A model generated the notes under the pieces. That model saw only the letters and a list, made by a program, of their open reading frames with translations. It ran no database searches and was not told the DNA's origin. From the IMG/VR virus record IMGVR_UViG_3300006103_000048, positions 1-32,150 of that record: a stretch of DNA of 32,150 bases; one strand, given 5' to 3'. The first letter of the stretch is position 1. Every line of letters starts with the position of its first letter. Made by a program: the position numbers and the translations under genes. This document shows, one piece after another, positions 8,112-17,372 of this stretch. The stretch is from a virus. Lineage: Duplodnaviria > Caudoviricetes.

Positions 8112-9731
8112 ATGGACATTAGAAATTTACTCAATAAAATCAAGCAGTTAAATGAAGACTACACTGGCATCGAATCAGGCCCTAGCAATGGACCTTTTAC
8201 AGCAGAAAAGACACCAGTAGTAACTCCATATGGTAAGCCTGAACGTCAGTTCCGTGGCAACATCAGCGAAAAGATGAAAATGGGTGCAGATAGTGATGCA
8301 TCAAGTGCTGGCTCATATATGATGGGTGAGGAAGAAGAACAAGGTTCACTACCCGGAGCATTTGGTGATGTACAAATTATGTCTCCTGAAGAGTTTGTTG
8401 CACAAGCTGGTGACATGCCCGATGAAGTCGATGAAAATGAAATGTACGGTGATGAAGAAGTAAGTTGGGAAAAAGGTGGTCGTCGAGCCCCAACTGGTGC
8501 ATTTAGAAATCCTGTAGCCGACCAGCATGGTCCGCAAGACAAAGGTGATGACGGCAAAGACGAGGAACATCTATCTAGAATTCGTAAACTAGCTGGATTA
8601 GGTGAAGCAACTAAACTACCTGCACAAACACGTGACTTTGGCGGACAAGAGTTTCAAGACTATATGAAACGTATTGCCGGTACTCCTGACTTAGACAAAG
8701 AAGGCAATGTCAAGATTGACAAGAAGGGCAATGAAAAATATGTGTCTGGTAAAACAAAGACTGACAAGTATAAAATGCCCTATATGCATCGCTCAAGTGT
8801 TATTACATATGTAAGTCCAGATGGTAAAACATATAGTGAAGAAGCAGTTAAGAACACATTAAAAGTTCGTCCCAAAGCATTACTAAAACAGAATGAAAAA
8901 ATGAAACACAGCAATGGAGAACTAGAACAGTTCTTTAACGTTGGTTTTGCCGCATTAACAGGTATCGCTGTAGATGAATCAACAGACAAACTAATTATTG
9001 TTAACACATGCCCAGGCGCAGGTAGTTGTAAAGTAGATTGTTTTGCAATGAAGGGCGGTAAAGTACAATTCAAAGCCGCATGGCAAAGTGATGGTCGTAT
9101 CTTAACATACTTATTAAACGATCCTAGTGGTTTCTTTGAACAATTAAGTAGTGAGATTAGCAAAGAAGAAGCATTAGGTAAAAAGGGCGGATATGCTGTA
9201 ACGATTCGTTGGCATGATGCTGGCGACTTCTTTAGCCCAGAATATTTAGACATGGCATTGAAAATGGCTGCTAAACATCCTGATGTTAAGTTCTATGCTT
9301 ACACAAAAATGGCAGGTGCGGCATTAGCTAAGAAGCCTGACAACTTCATCATCAACTGGAGTGAAGGTGCTCATACAACTCAAGAGAAACAAGTTAAAGC
9401 AAAAGATAAAGACTTAGACACCACTAAGAACAGTCGTATTGTTCCTGATGAATTATTCCAAGACTTGTTAGTTAAGGATGAAAAGAAAAACTTAGTTAAG
9501 GGGGCAGAAGGCCAATGGCAAGTCCAACCTGACAAGTTACCCGAACTAAAACAACGTCTTGCTAAACAGTATGGACTAAGTGCTAATAGTATTTTATCAT
9601 ATGATGAATACATGGCTAAGCGTAATAAAATACCAGCCGGTATGAAGTATAATGTTATCGTTGCTCCAGGCGAAGGTGATGTTAGTGCTAATGATCCTAA
9701 TATTATTTCTACATTGTTATTGAAACACTAA
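8112..9731 (+). CDS. Gp88-like (Cys-cluster, radical-SAM-like) protein with acidic N-terminal extension
   Basis: TCPGAGSCKVDCFAMKG, IRWHDAGDFFS, FYAYTK. Confidence 0.7.
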   Translation: MDIRNLLNKIKQLNEDYTGIESGPSNGPFTAEKTPVVTPYGKPERQFRGNISEKMKMGADSDASSAGSYMMGEEEEQGSLPGAFGDVQIMSPEEFVAQAGDMPDEVDENEMYGDEEVSWEKGGRRAPTGAFRNPVADQHGPQDKGDDGKDEEHLSRIRKLAGLGEATKLPAQTRDFGGQEFQDYMKRIAGTPDLDKEGNVKIDKKGNEKYVSGKTKTDKYKMPYMHRSSVITYVSPDGKTYSEEAVKNTLKVRPKALLKQNEKMKHSNGELEQFFNVGFAALTGIAVDESTDKLIIVNTCPGAGSCKVDCFAMKGGKVQFKAAWQSDGRILTYLLNDPSGFFEQLSSEISKEEALGKKGGYAVTIRWHDAGDFFSPEYLDMALKMAAKHPDVKFYAYTKMAGAALAKKPDNFIINWSEGAHTTQEKQVKAKDKDLDTTKNSRIVPDELFQDLLVKDEKKNLVKGAEGQWQVQPDKLPELKQRLAKQYGLSANSILSYDEYMAKRNKIPAGMKYNVIVAPGEGDVSANDPNIISTLLLKH

Positions 9732-9732
9732 G

Positions 9733-10281
9733 ATGCGTGCCAGTGAGTTTATTACTGAAGAAAAGATGAGCATCAAAGGTCAGATTATCAATGACGTTGA
9801 AAAGTTGGGTGGCAATATTGATGACTACTTTATTAGATTTACTGACATTGATAAGTTAGGTTTTAGCCAACGACAAACGTTTGGTCGCAGTCCTGACATT
9901 GATCATCCTAAATTTCAGCCTGATTATATAGGTGCTAAAGTTGGTAAACCAGCATTATGGTTCTATCCATTGAAAACATATCTTAAAAATAGTGATAGCC
10001 TATATGCAAGTAGAAGTCCTTATGTATGGCTTGTCCGTAAAAAACCTAATGCATGGCTACAACCAACTGATAAGAATACTAAAACTAAAGTAGAAGCACC
10101 CCAAGGTAAAGAACGTGTTGGTTTATTAAGACTAGCATCAGTATTTCCAGCAGCAATATTCTTTAAGCCTGCATATGATATAGTAGGCAAATATTATGAT
10201 TATGGTTCAAAACACAAACGCCATGGTGAAGTTAAAGGTGCAAAACCCACATTCTTCCAAAAGGTAAGAGGTGAAGTATAA
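9733..10281 (+). CDS. Hypothetical basic protein, putative internal head protein
   Basis: N-terminal MRASEFITE. Confidence 0.75.
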   Translation: MRASEFITEEKMSIKGQIINDVEKLGGNIDDYFIRFTDIDKLGFSQRQTFGRSPDIDHPKFQPDYIGAKVGKPALWFYPLKTYLKNSDSLYASRSPYVWLVRKKPNAWLQPTDKNTKTKVEAPQGKERVGLLRLASVFPAAIFFKPAYDIVGKYYDYGSKHKRHGEVKGAKPTFFQKVRGEV

Positions 10282-11081
10282 TGAGAGCCAATGAATTTAT
10301 CACTGAAGTATTTCAATCAGGTAAAACAAACTGGGAGTGGGCCCGCCGTAGTAGTGATGAAGCCTCTGCGTTTTTTAAGGTAGGTAACAGAGAATATCTT
10401 TGGCAAGCCTTTACAGGTAGCGATCCTAAAAAGTGGGAAATACAATTTCGTTTATTAAGAGATCATGAAAATGATCCAAGTGATTTGGATTTGTTTGGAA
10501 AAACTGGTACTGGAAATTCAACAGAAGTATTATCAACAGCAGTTGATATCACACGTGCATTCTTAAAAGAATATGGCATTGATAAAGTAGAAGAAATAAC
10601 ATTCAATGCAAAAGAAGATAGTAGAATTGCATTGTATGCCAAGATGATTAAACGTTTATTACCTGATTGGGACTTGTATAGCAAAAAAGATCGTCATGAT
10701 GGTATGGTGTTTCATCTTACTGACCGCAGAGCATATGATAAGCCTGAGAACAAACTTAGTGAAGATAAAAGAATAGCGAGGTACAATGGTTTGATTATGG
10801 GATATGCCTTTAACAATACCGGACTGAAAATCAAAGCATACGACCCTGCCACTAGAACTCCAATCGCTTTTGCAGAGTTCATTAAAGAAAATAAAGATTT
10901 ATATCCACAAATGATTTGGGTACACGATGACTATCGTAATAATGGTATTGCTAAATCAATGTATGATTTTCTAAAAGATGACGGTTACGAAATAAATAGA
11001 AGTCATGACCAAACTAATGCCGGCGCCAAGTTTTGGGATAAACACCGTGGAGAAGATGCTTATGTTTGGGAAAACAATTAA
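10281..11081 (+). CDS. Two-domain protein with C-terminal GNAT acetyltransferase, putative internal head protein
   Basis: MRANEFITE leader; VHDDYRNNGIAKSMY (acetyl-CoA motif A); QTNAGAKFW. Confidence 0.7.
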   Translation: MRANEFITEVFQSGKTNWEWARRSSDEASAFFKVGNREYLWQAFTGSDPKKWEIQFRLLRDHENDPSDLDLFGKTGTGNSTEVLSTAVDITRAFLKEYGIDKVEEITFNAKEDSRIALYAKMIKRLLPDWDLYSKKDRHDGMVFHLTDRRAYDKPENKLSEDKRIARYNGLIMGYAFNNTGLKIKAYDPATRTPIAFAEFIKENKDLYPQMIWVHDDYRNNGIAKSMYDFLKDDGYEINRSHDQTNAGAKFWDKHRGEDAYVWENN

Positions 11082-11932
11082 GGTAGTTTTAATAGTTCTT
11101 CAAAACTATACAAGTTTTTCATATAACTTGACACGTTAGACAATACTGAACTTTCAATATCGCCTTTTCTACGTGGGCCAATCTTACGCAATATAGGTGT
11201 AAGAGTTTCTGCGTACAATGCCTCATGATTCACAGTTTTGAACATTTCAAACATCTCTGCAACAGTATGACCAACACCATGTCCCAAGCATTCAATTTGA
11301 TTGCTTGACTTTTCAATTGCAGTCATTAATGCATCACAGATTTCATCTACGTGCACATAGTCACGCACACATGTACCATCAACTGTGTTATAATCGTCAC
11401 CGTAAATTGTAAACTCACGTGTGTAGCTAGACTTCAATAGGTTATACATCAAGCCGTCAGGATTAGTTGGTTCAAAGCCTGAACTACCGATTACATTATA
11501 GAATCTAAAAATCGTATAGGGTGTAGGTTTGTGTTGCGTATAGTATTCACGCACAACATCTTCCGCGGCACGCTTGCTTACACCATATGCACTAACGCAA
11601 CTCTCTGCTGCACCTGTACTAGCAAATACAAAGTTCTTTGTATTAACTTTGTTGATAACATTCATTGTGCCATTCAAATTAGTAATATAATATGGAATAG
11701 GCATAATCTCGCTTTCACCTACGTTAACCAATGCAGCCAAATGAATTACACAATCAAACTCCTCGTCAATAGTGAATAGTCTGTTTATATCTTGGTGATA
11801 AAATTTGTGCATAGATTGCTGAGGATCACGAATATCCAATCCATGTACCTCATACTTCATAGAGTTCATTAGCATCTTTGCAAGATGGCTACCAATATAT
11901 CCTGAACAACCTGTTATCAATACTTTTTTCAT
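11078..11932 (-). CDS. NAD-dependent epimerase (UDP-glucose 4-epimerase-like)
   Basis: GCSGYIG, HLAA, YGVSK, RFYNV, DGTCVRDYVHV. Confidence 0.9.
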   Translation of the reverse strand: MKKVLITGCSGYIGSHLAKMLMNSMKYEVHGLDIRDPQQSMHKFYHQDINRLFTIDEEFDCVIHLAALVNVGESEIMPIPYYITNLNGTMNVINKVNTKNFVFASTGAAESCVSAYGVSKRAAEDVVREYYTQHKPTPYTIFRFYNVIGSSGFEPTNPDGLMYNLLKSSYTREFTIYGDDYNTVDGTCVRDYVHVDEICDALMTAIEKSSNQIECLGHGVGHTVAEMFEMFKTVNHEALYAETLTPILRKIGPRRKGDIESSVLSNVSSYMKNLYSFEELLKLP

Positions 11933-12705
11933 AATCGCAATCCTATAAATTTTCCGTTTTTATCTGTGTACTTCACATAAAGTGCATCCGTAACTTCATC
12001 AGAAGCTATCATATTAAAATAAACAGAGTTTTTAAAATCCATTAGTTTAATGTTTTCATTATACATTTTTTTAATTAAATTAGCAACAATTTTATTATTT
12101 TTCGGACTCATATGACATGTCCTAAAATCAGGAGTGTCTAGTCCGGTAATCTTGTCTGCTAAAATATATGTTTTGCCCTTGAGTGTTACTAGTTCTGTAA
12201 AGCTAGGATGACTAAAATTAACTATAGCTGGGCTTTTAAGGGTATCGTCTAAAATCTCATTTGCATTTTCTACGAAAATATGTAACAACGTTATGCCATA
12301 TTCATTGCAATGTTTTTCTATACTATGTGCAATATTTTTGCAGATAAAAGTTGACAACTCATCTGTGAATAACATATGATTTATTCCCTTGAATGGTTTC
12401 ATAGAATTGTGACTGCCACCAATGTCCCCGTGTCTACCTATAAATTCATCAGGAAGATATGGCCAACGATGCCTAAATGAATGCACAAAAATTATATGGT
12501 CAAACTTTTTGTAGTGTTCTAAAAACTTCTGATAACTCCACCATGCACTAGTACCTCCCCTTGCATGATTTTCATATAATTCAGGTTGGTATGTTTCTAC
12601 TAATAGTTCAGTCCAACCTGGATAATCACGATCACCGCCCCAAGTGTTCTTTTGTGTTTCAGCGTAACTATCCCCGAATATACCTAACTTCATATTAAAA
12701 TTCAA
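11929..12705 (-). CDS. SGNH/GDSL-hydrolase-like protein
   Basis: IFGDSY, NHARGGTS, C-terminal CHMSPKNN. Confidence 0.6.
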   Translation of the reverse strand: MNFNMKLGIFGDSYAETQKNTWGGDRDYPGWTELLVETYQPELYENHARGGTSAWWSYQKFLEHYKKFDHIIFVHSFRHRWPYLPDEFIGRHGDIGGSHNSMKPFKGINHMLFTDELSTFICKNIAHSIEKHCNEYGITLLHIFVENANEILDDTLKSPAIVNFSHPSFTELVTLKGKTYILADKITGLDTPDFRTCHMSPKNNKIVANLIKKMYNENIKLMDFKNSVYFNMIASDEVTDALYVKYTDKNGKFIGLRL

Positions 12706-14041
12706 ACAACCCTGTTCCTGCTATTTCTTCTTGTGGTATAAAAGAAGGATCTTTACTTAAGTATGTATCATTGTCAGTATACAGTACATTGATAAATTTC
12801 TTACGATTACTTAGTACGCTTTCAAAATCTTCACGGGCCAAATGTGTTCTGTTCAAGTCAGTAATATAATCACGATACTTAACAGTATCATATGTGTTAA
12901 TCTTTGCCGAGTTGGTATTACTACGTTTACTTACAAAGTTGTCTACAAAGTTGATCCAACCCTTTGCAACCACGTCATCTAGGTCACAAACATAGTCTAA
13001 GGCGCCTGGTAGTTGTGCTGAACCATATAATGATTTGATAGTTTCACTTGCATCTTTGATATTTACCTTATCGAAGTATCTATCATCAAAATTATCACTC
13101 CAATCTTGATTATCTAAAACTACACAAGGCATGTGTCCTAGACATTCTAAGAATGCAAATGGATAGTTCTCACGCAAACTTGGCATAAAGAATACACTTG
13201 AACTACACACAAAGTCTACTTTCTCCTGTCCAGTGATACCTGCACGGATTTCATAATCAGTAATGCCATTGTCTTTGAATGCTTTTTCAAACTTCTTGGC
13301 ACCATTGCTATTGGTCATTACCTTGCAGGGTAAACCAGCTTCTTTCATTACACGAATGTATGCTTCTGGATTCTTGCCTTCTTCCCAACGACCAATAAAC
13401 AACACACCTTTACGGGTACCTGTATATGGTTCTAACAAACTACGTTCACTCATTGGCATTCGTAATAATGCACAGTTAGTAGCACCGTGTTTAGTCAACT
13501 CATTAATATTCTTTTGACTTTGTGTACCAATAACAATATCACTAAACTCCATATGCTTGTTATAGAAGTTATGATAACTATTTAGGAATACATCACTGCC
13601 CTGACTTTCACGGAAAATCATACTATGCAAGTGAGTATAGAATACAACAGGAATATATTCGTTGACTGTCATAGCATATGCCGCAGTCATTGCTTCCTGT
13701 GTGTTACACACAATCATGTCATAGATGTTTGTTTCAAAAGCCTTTAATAATGCTTTGCGAAAGTTAATAATCTTTTCAAAGTTAATAGTGTCACTAAAGG
13801 CAAAAGTGGCAGTGTGGTCACTATAACGCAATGCATCATCTGGATAAACAATATTAGCACCCGCAGATTCAATCACAGTATCAAAAGACCCAGTAGGTGC
13901 TTTGTCTAGAATGATATCAACTTTCCAACCAATACGACTACACATTTCTGTAAAACTTTTACAGAAACTACCAATTCCCCCATGAGGGATAAAGTGTTGG
14001 TCACTAATTAAAAATGCAATTCTGCGAGAGTAGATGTTCAT
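12695..14041 (-). CDS. GT-B glycosyltransferase (GT4-like)
   Basis: HGGIG, FIGRWEEGKNP, PSLRENYPFAFLE (Ex7E). Confidence 0.85.
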   Translation of the reverse strand: MNIYSRRIAFLISDQHFIPHGGIGSFCKSFTEMCSRIGWKVDIILDKAPTGSFDTVIESAGANIVYPDDALRYSDHTATFAFSDTINFEKIINFRKALLKAFETNIYDMIVCNTQEAMTAAYAMTVNEYIPVVFYTHLHSMIFRESQGSDVFLNSYHNFYNKHMEFSDIVIGTQSQKNINELTKHGATNCALLRMPMSERSLLEPYTGTRKGVLFIGRWEEGKNPEAYIRVMKEAGLPCKVMTNSNGAKKFEKAFKDNGITDYEIRAGITGQEKVDFVCSSSVFFMPSLRENYPFAFLECLGHMPCVVLDNQDWSDNFDDRYFDKVNIKDASETIKSLYGSAQLPGALDYVCDLDDVVAKGWINFVDNFVSKRSNTNSAKINTYDTVKYRDYITDLNRTHLAREDFESVLSNRKKFINVLYTDNDTYLSKDPSFIPQEEIAGTGLFEF

Positions 14042-14511
14042 TTAGTATCAAAAGGCCAAGTGCCTGCTTTAAGTGAAAGTTTTTCGTCAAACACCTCTTC
14101 CGAAAGTTCTGCTTCGGGCTGTTCAACAACATTACCCTCTTCATCTTCAATAATGATATCACAGTCAATAATCATTTCACATTCAGTTTGCATCCAACCA
14201 TGCTCTTCTAAATCAAAGTAAGAGTTTTCTTCCAAGAATTCTTCTAACCATTCTTGTGTTTCTTCATCACATTCATCACTATCAACCTCTTCCCAGCAAC
14301 CATCAAATGTTTCAACTAGTTCAACATCATAGTCACAGTTATAGAGGTCAACACCTGGTTCTAGTACAGGAGGTGTATCGTCTTCTGTTTCAATAGTAAA
14401 CTCACCACCACGCCAACCTGTTTCAATCATAACGGTGTTATCGTCTTTGGTGAAATATTGACGTTCAATAAGTGATTTCTTCCATGCGGGTTTAATTGTC
14501 CAAATTGCCAT
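14038..14511 (-). CDS. Highly acidic hypothetical protein
   Basis: Asp/Glu dominate the C-terminal two thirds. Confidence 0.8.
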   Translation of the reverse strand: MAIWTIKPAWKKSLIERQYFTKDDNTVMIETGWRGGEFTIETEDDTPPVLEPGVDLYNCDYDVELVETFDGCWEEVDSDECDEETQEWLEEFLEENSYFDLEEHGWMQTECEMIIDCDIIIEDEEGNVVEQPEAELSEEVFDEKLSLKAGTWPFDTK

Positions 14512-14512
14512 T

Positions 14513-14749
14513 TTAATTTCCTTTCAATTTCCAAATTAAATGTTCATGCTTGTTATGCCATCTGTATAGATATACAGGATCACCGGGACCAGTGATCATC
14601 TTAGTAAATTTATAACCATTCTCTAACCAAATCCTTTTTCCTGACAAGTCGCAACGCTTAGGCAGTAGTGCAAATGAATACTTTATTGTGGCTGTTTTGT
14701 AAAACCAAATATCGTCTTGCGCTTTATAAAAAGGAATATCTAACATCAT
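14513..14749 (-). CDS. Small hypothetical protein, paralogue of 14759..15010
   Basis: FALLPKRCDLSGKRIWL motif. Confidence 0.75.
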   Translation of the reverse strand: MMLDIPFYKAQDDIWFYKTATIKYSFALLPKRCDLSGKRIWLENGYKFTKMITGPGDPVYLYRWHNKHEHLIWKLKGN

Positions 14750-14758
14750 AAAGTTCTC

Positions 14759-15010
14759 TTATACTAATTCTAATAATCTTAATTTAATAAATTGATCTTT
14801 AGCCATCCACTTGTACTCAGTAAAAATAGCCATATCATGTCTACGCCTTTTCTCACCACGATATGCATTTTTCAACCAAAGCCATTTACCTGTTTCAAGG
14901 CATTGATGAGGGATAAAACAAAACTTATATTCCCAGTTTCTAGTCTTTCGCTCATACTCTTGCCTAGAGATTTCTTGATATCCGTCAGTCTCTACCATTA
15001 TGTTCCCCAT
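14759..15010 (-). CDS. Small hypothetical protein, paralogue of 14513..14749
   Basis: FCFIPHQCLETGKWLWL motif; start uncertain. Confidence 0.75.
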   Translation of the reverse strand: MGNIMVETDGYQEISRQEYERKTRNWEYKFCFIPHQCLETGKWLWLKNAYRGEKRRRHDMAIFTEYKWMAKDQFIKLRLLELV

Positions 15011-15843
15011 TCATTTTTGAACAGTGGTACTTGCAGTCTGTCACTATAGCGCCAGCCACGTTTCATTGCGGCTAGTGCAACTGACTTAGCATTGAGATTG
15101 TAAACAAACTCAACACCGCCAACAGGCATAAGATATACGTGACCTGTAAAGCCCGCTTTTCTATATTGTTCAACTGCTTGTTCTGCATCTTTAACATCCT
15201 CTTCTGTTGCTACTACAAACTTCAAATATGCTGTACCGACTTCTTCGTATGTACACACAATCTCAGGCTTAATTGCGTCTTCCCACTTTTCGCCACTTGC
15301 TGGAAGTTTAGCACTTACTGAGAATGTGATTTCGTTATCAAAACCATTACCTACCCAATCGTGTAAGTATTCTCTAAACTCAGGAGTTAACTGCTGAGTG
15401 CCATTAGTTTCAAATGTAATCTCTTTAAGACCTTCCATCTTGGGATGATCAAGTAATTCAGGATAAGCACGTTGCCAGCCTAGCAATGGCTCACCACCTG
15501 TGATAACCAAATGCTCATCACGCCACTCACCGTAAGGAAGTGAAAGCATAATTTCATTGACAATGGCATCTGTTGTACACATATAACTTAATTGTTTAAA
15601 GTCAGGATGCCAACTAGCATAACTATCACAACCAGTTGATACTAGTGGCAAATGTTTATAGTCATTATATAAATGTGCAACTTGTCCGATATCGTCTGCT
15701 TCTACGCTAGACATGCCACGAGGCATACCAAAGCCCTGACATTTAAAGTTACAACCATATGTGCGCATGAACACACTTGGAACCCCCATGTAACGACCTT
15801 CGCCTTGTATACTATAAAACAGTTCTGAAATTTTAATGCCCAT
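14998..15843 (-). CDS. queE: 7-carboxy-7-deazaguanine synthase (radical SAM)
   Basis: ELFYSIQGEG, R..GCNFKC...CDS, VITGGEPLL, FETNGT, LKFVV, RLQ. Start moved to ATG 15843. Confidence 0.93.
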   Translation of the reverse strand: MGIKISELFYSIQGEGRYMGVPSVFMRTYGCNFKCQGFGMPRGMSSVEADDIGQVAHLYNDYKHLPLVSTGCDSYASWHPDFKQLSYMCTTDAIVNEIMLSLPYGEWRDEHLVITGGEPLLGWQRAYPELLDHPKMEGLKEITFETNGTQQLTPEFREYLHDWVGNGFDNEITFSVSAKLPASGEKWEDAIKPEIVCTYEEVGTAYLKFVVATEEDVKDAEQAVEQYRKAGFTGHVYLMPVGGVEFVYNLNAKSVALAAMKRGWRYSDRLQVPLFKNEWGT

Positions 15844-16010
15844 TATTGATTCCAATGTTTGATTACGCCTGCCACGATAAAACAGTTTGTTATAATATAT
15901 GATAACACAATCGATGTGCGAATGCAAGCGATAAGGTCTGCTTCACTATCAGTATCTCCGGCTTTTTCGCCCAATGCTTTTGCCCAAAGACGCCAAAGTT
16001 TATCTACCAT
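15843..16010 (-). CDS. Small membrane protein, 55 aa
   Basis: Manual translation MVDKLWRLWAKALGEKAGDTDSEADLIACIRTSIVLSYIITNCFIVAGVIKHWNQ; TAATG-coupled to queE. Confidence 0.8.
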   Translation of the reverse strand: MVDKLWRLWAKALGEKAGDTDSEADLIACIRTSIVLSYIITNCFIVAGVIKHWNQ

Positions 16011-16212
16011 ATTTCTTTTCTACCTGATCTAAAGTTCTTTTTGCTAGTGCACTTGCTGGATGGTCTTTGTACATTCTTGCAATGTCATCCAATGCAGTCC
16101 ACATAAGTTCGTGTTCGTTTTGTATAGAGTACACACGGTTTCTTAGATTACTAGCATCATATATGCTCATAATGCTAGTAACCAATTTAGCAAGAAACCG
16201 TGCGAGTTCCAT
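16000..16212 (-). CDS. Hypothetical protein
   Basis: TAATG-coupled to queD. Confidence 0.7.
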   Translation of the reverse strand: MELARFLAKLVTSIMSIYDASNLRNRVYSIQNEHELMWTALDDIARMYKDHPASALAKRTLDQVEKKYGR

Positions 16213-16709
16213 TAAGAGAGCAAGTCCTCATTCCATTCACGATGACCTTCACGGAATGCCATATTAGCCTGCGTTTCACGAACCTCTACACGATAGCACC
16301 ATAGGCGTTGTGCTTCGCCTGGGCCCCACATGTCAGGGATATAAACACCATTGACATACTTGTAAAGCATATCTGCTAGACTTTCACATCCTAAGCGTGA
16401 CAGTATAGTTAGTTTAGCCATTTTCTTTTCTTGCAACAATTTAAATGTTTCAAGTTCAGGGTCATCTTCTGCAACTAATAAGGTATGATCAAACTGATCC
16501 TCAAGAATCTTTTTCAACTCTTTTAGTCCACCGTAGTCTGCTGCCCAATTACGAACATCTAAATCGTTTGTACCGAAATAGAATTTCATACTGAAACTAT
16601 AACCATGTATAGTGTTGCAATGACTGTCTGCACGCCATTGACGATAAGCGCATGGGAATGCGTCTACATATTCTTTTGTACTTGTGTACTTATAAACGAT
16701 TGGTTGCAT
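16212..16709 (-). CDS. queD: 6-carboxy-5,6,7,8-tetrahydropterin synthase
   Basis: CxxxHGY (HCNTIHGY), DYGGLK, FDHTLL, VRET; AGGAG RBS. Confidence 0.9.
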   Translation of the reverse strand: MQPIVYKYTSTKEYVDAFPCAYRQWRADSHCNTIHGYSFSMKFYFGTNDLDVRNWAADYGGLKELKKILEDQFDHTLLVAEDDPELETFKLLQEKKMAKLTILSRLGCESLADMLYKYVNGVYIPDMWGPGEAQRLWCYRVEVRETQANMAFREGHREWNEDLLS

Positions 16710-16782
16710 AAATTTTCTCCTATGTTAATTTTAGCATAGGCAGCAGAATTTGTAAAGCGGGAATGATGCCAAAAGACCGCTG
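16710..16782 (-). ncRNA. Candidate preQ1-I-like riboswitch / pseudoknot in the queD 5' UTR
   Basis: AGCGG/CCGCU stem, loop UCUUUUGGCAUCAUUC, tail UUACAAA...UGCC complementary to loop GGCA; CCUAUG/CAUAGG hairpin covers the SD. Confidence 0.55.
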
Positions 16783-16790
16783 TAAAATAC

Positions 16791-17342
16791 TTAATTATCC
16801 CAATTAAATCCAGGTTTTTGTTTTTTTAACCATGACCGCATTGTATCGGTAGTAACTCCTTCAGCATTGGCGGCATCAGATAAGCATAAAAATTTTCCTT
16901 TGGGAGTGACTACTTTTTTTGCTCTAGGGTTATTACCGCCCATTTTAATTTCTTTAAGATGTTGAAGCGTTTCAATAGAGTGCTTTTTTCCGTAAAAAGA
17001 ATTTTGTTCTTTTGTTTTTCCAAATTGTGGATTCATTACACCTTTAAGGCCCGGACTTCCTACTGGTTTACCATCTTTTCCATTTTCAGGTCTAAGATTG
17101 GCCCACTCAGTAGATTCAACGATGTTATATTTTTCTGAAAATTCTAAAGCAAATTTCTCACATTCAGTTTCATCATCGAACTTCCAAACTTGTACTGTAT
17201 CTATGTCTTGGCCGTGTACCTTCAAATGTCGGCGCCAATGAGTTCCCGATCCTAAATATAAATAAGGATCCTTAGTAGATGTTTTACCGAAGTATTTCAA
17301 TCCAGTTACCTTGTGTTGTTTTACATATAGATATATAGTCAT
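16791..17342 (-). mobile_element. Free-standing GIY-YIG (Seg-like) homing endonuclease with NUMOD3-like repeats
   Basis: IYLYVKQH..TGLKYFGKT..DPY.YLGSG; NPQFGK / NSFYGKKHS / NNPRAK; own CATAAATA promoter at 17358-17365. Confidence 0.85.
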
Positions 17343-17372
17343 AATTGCCTCTATATCTATTTATGCCTAATT

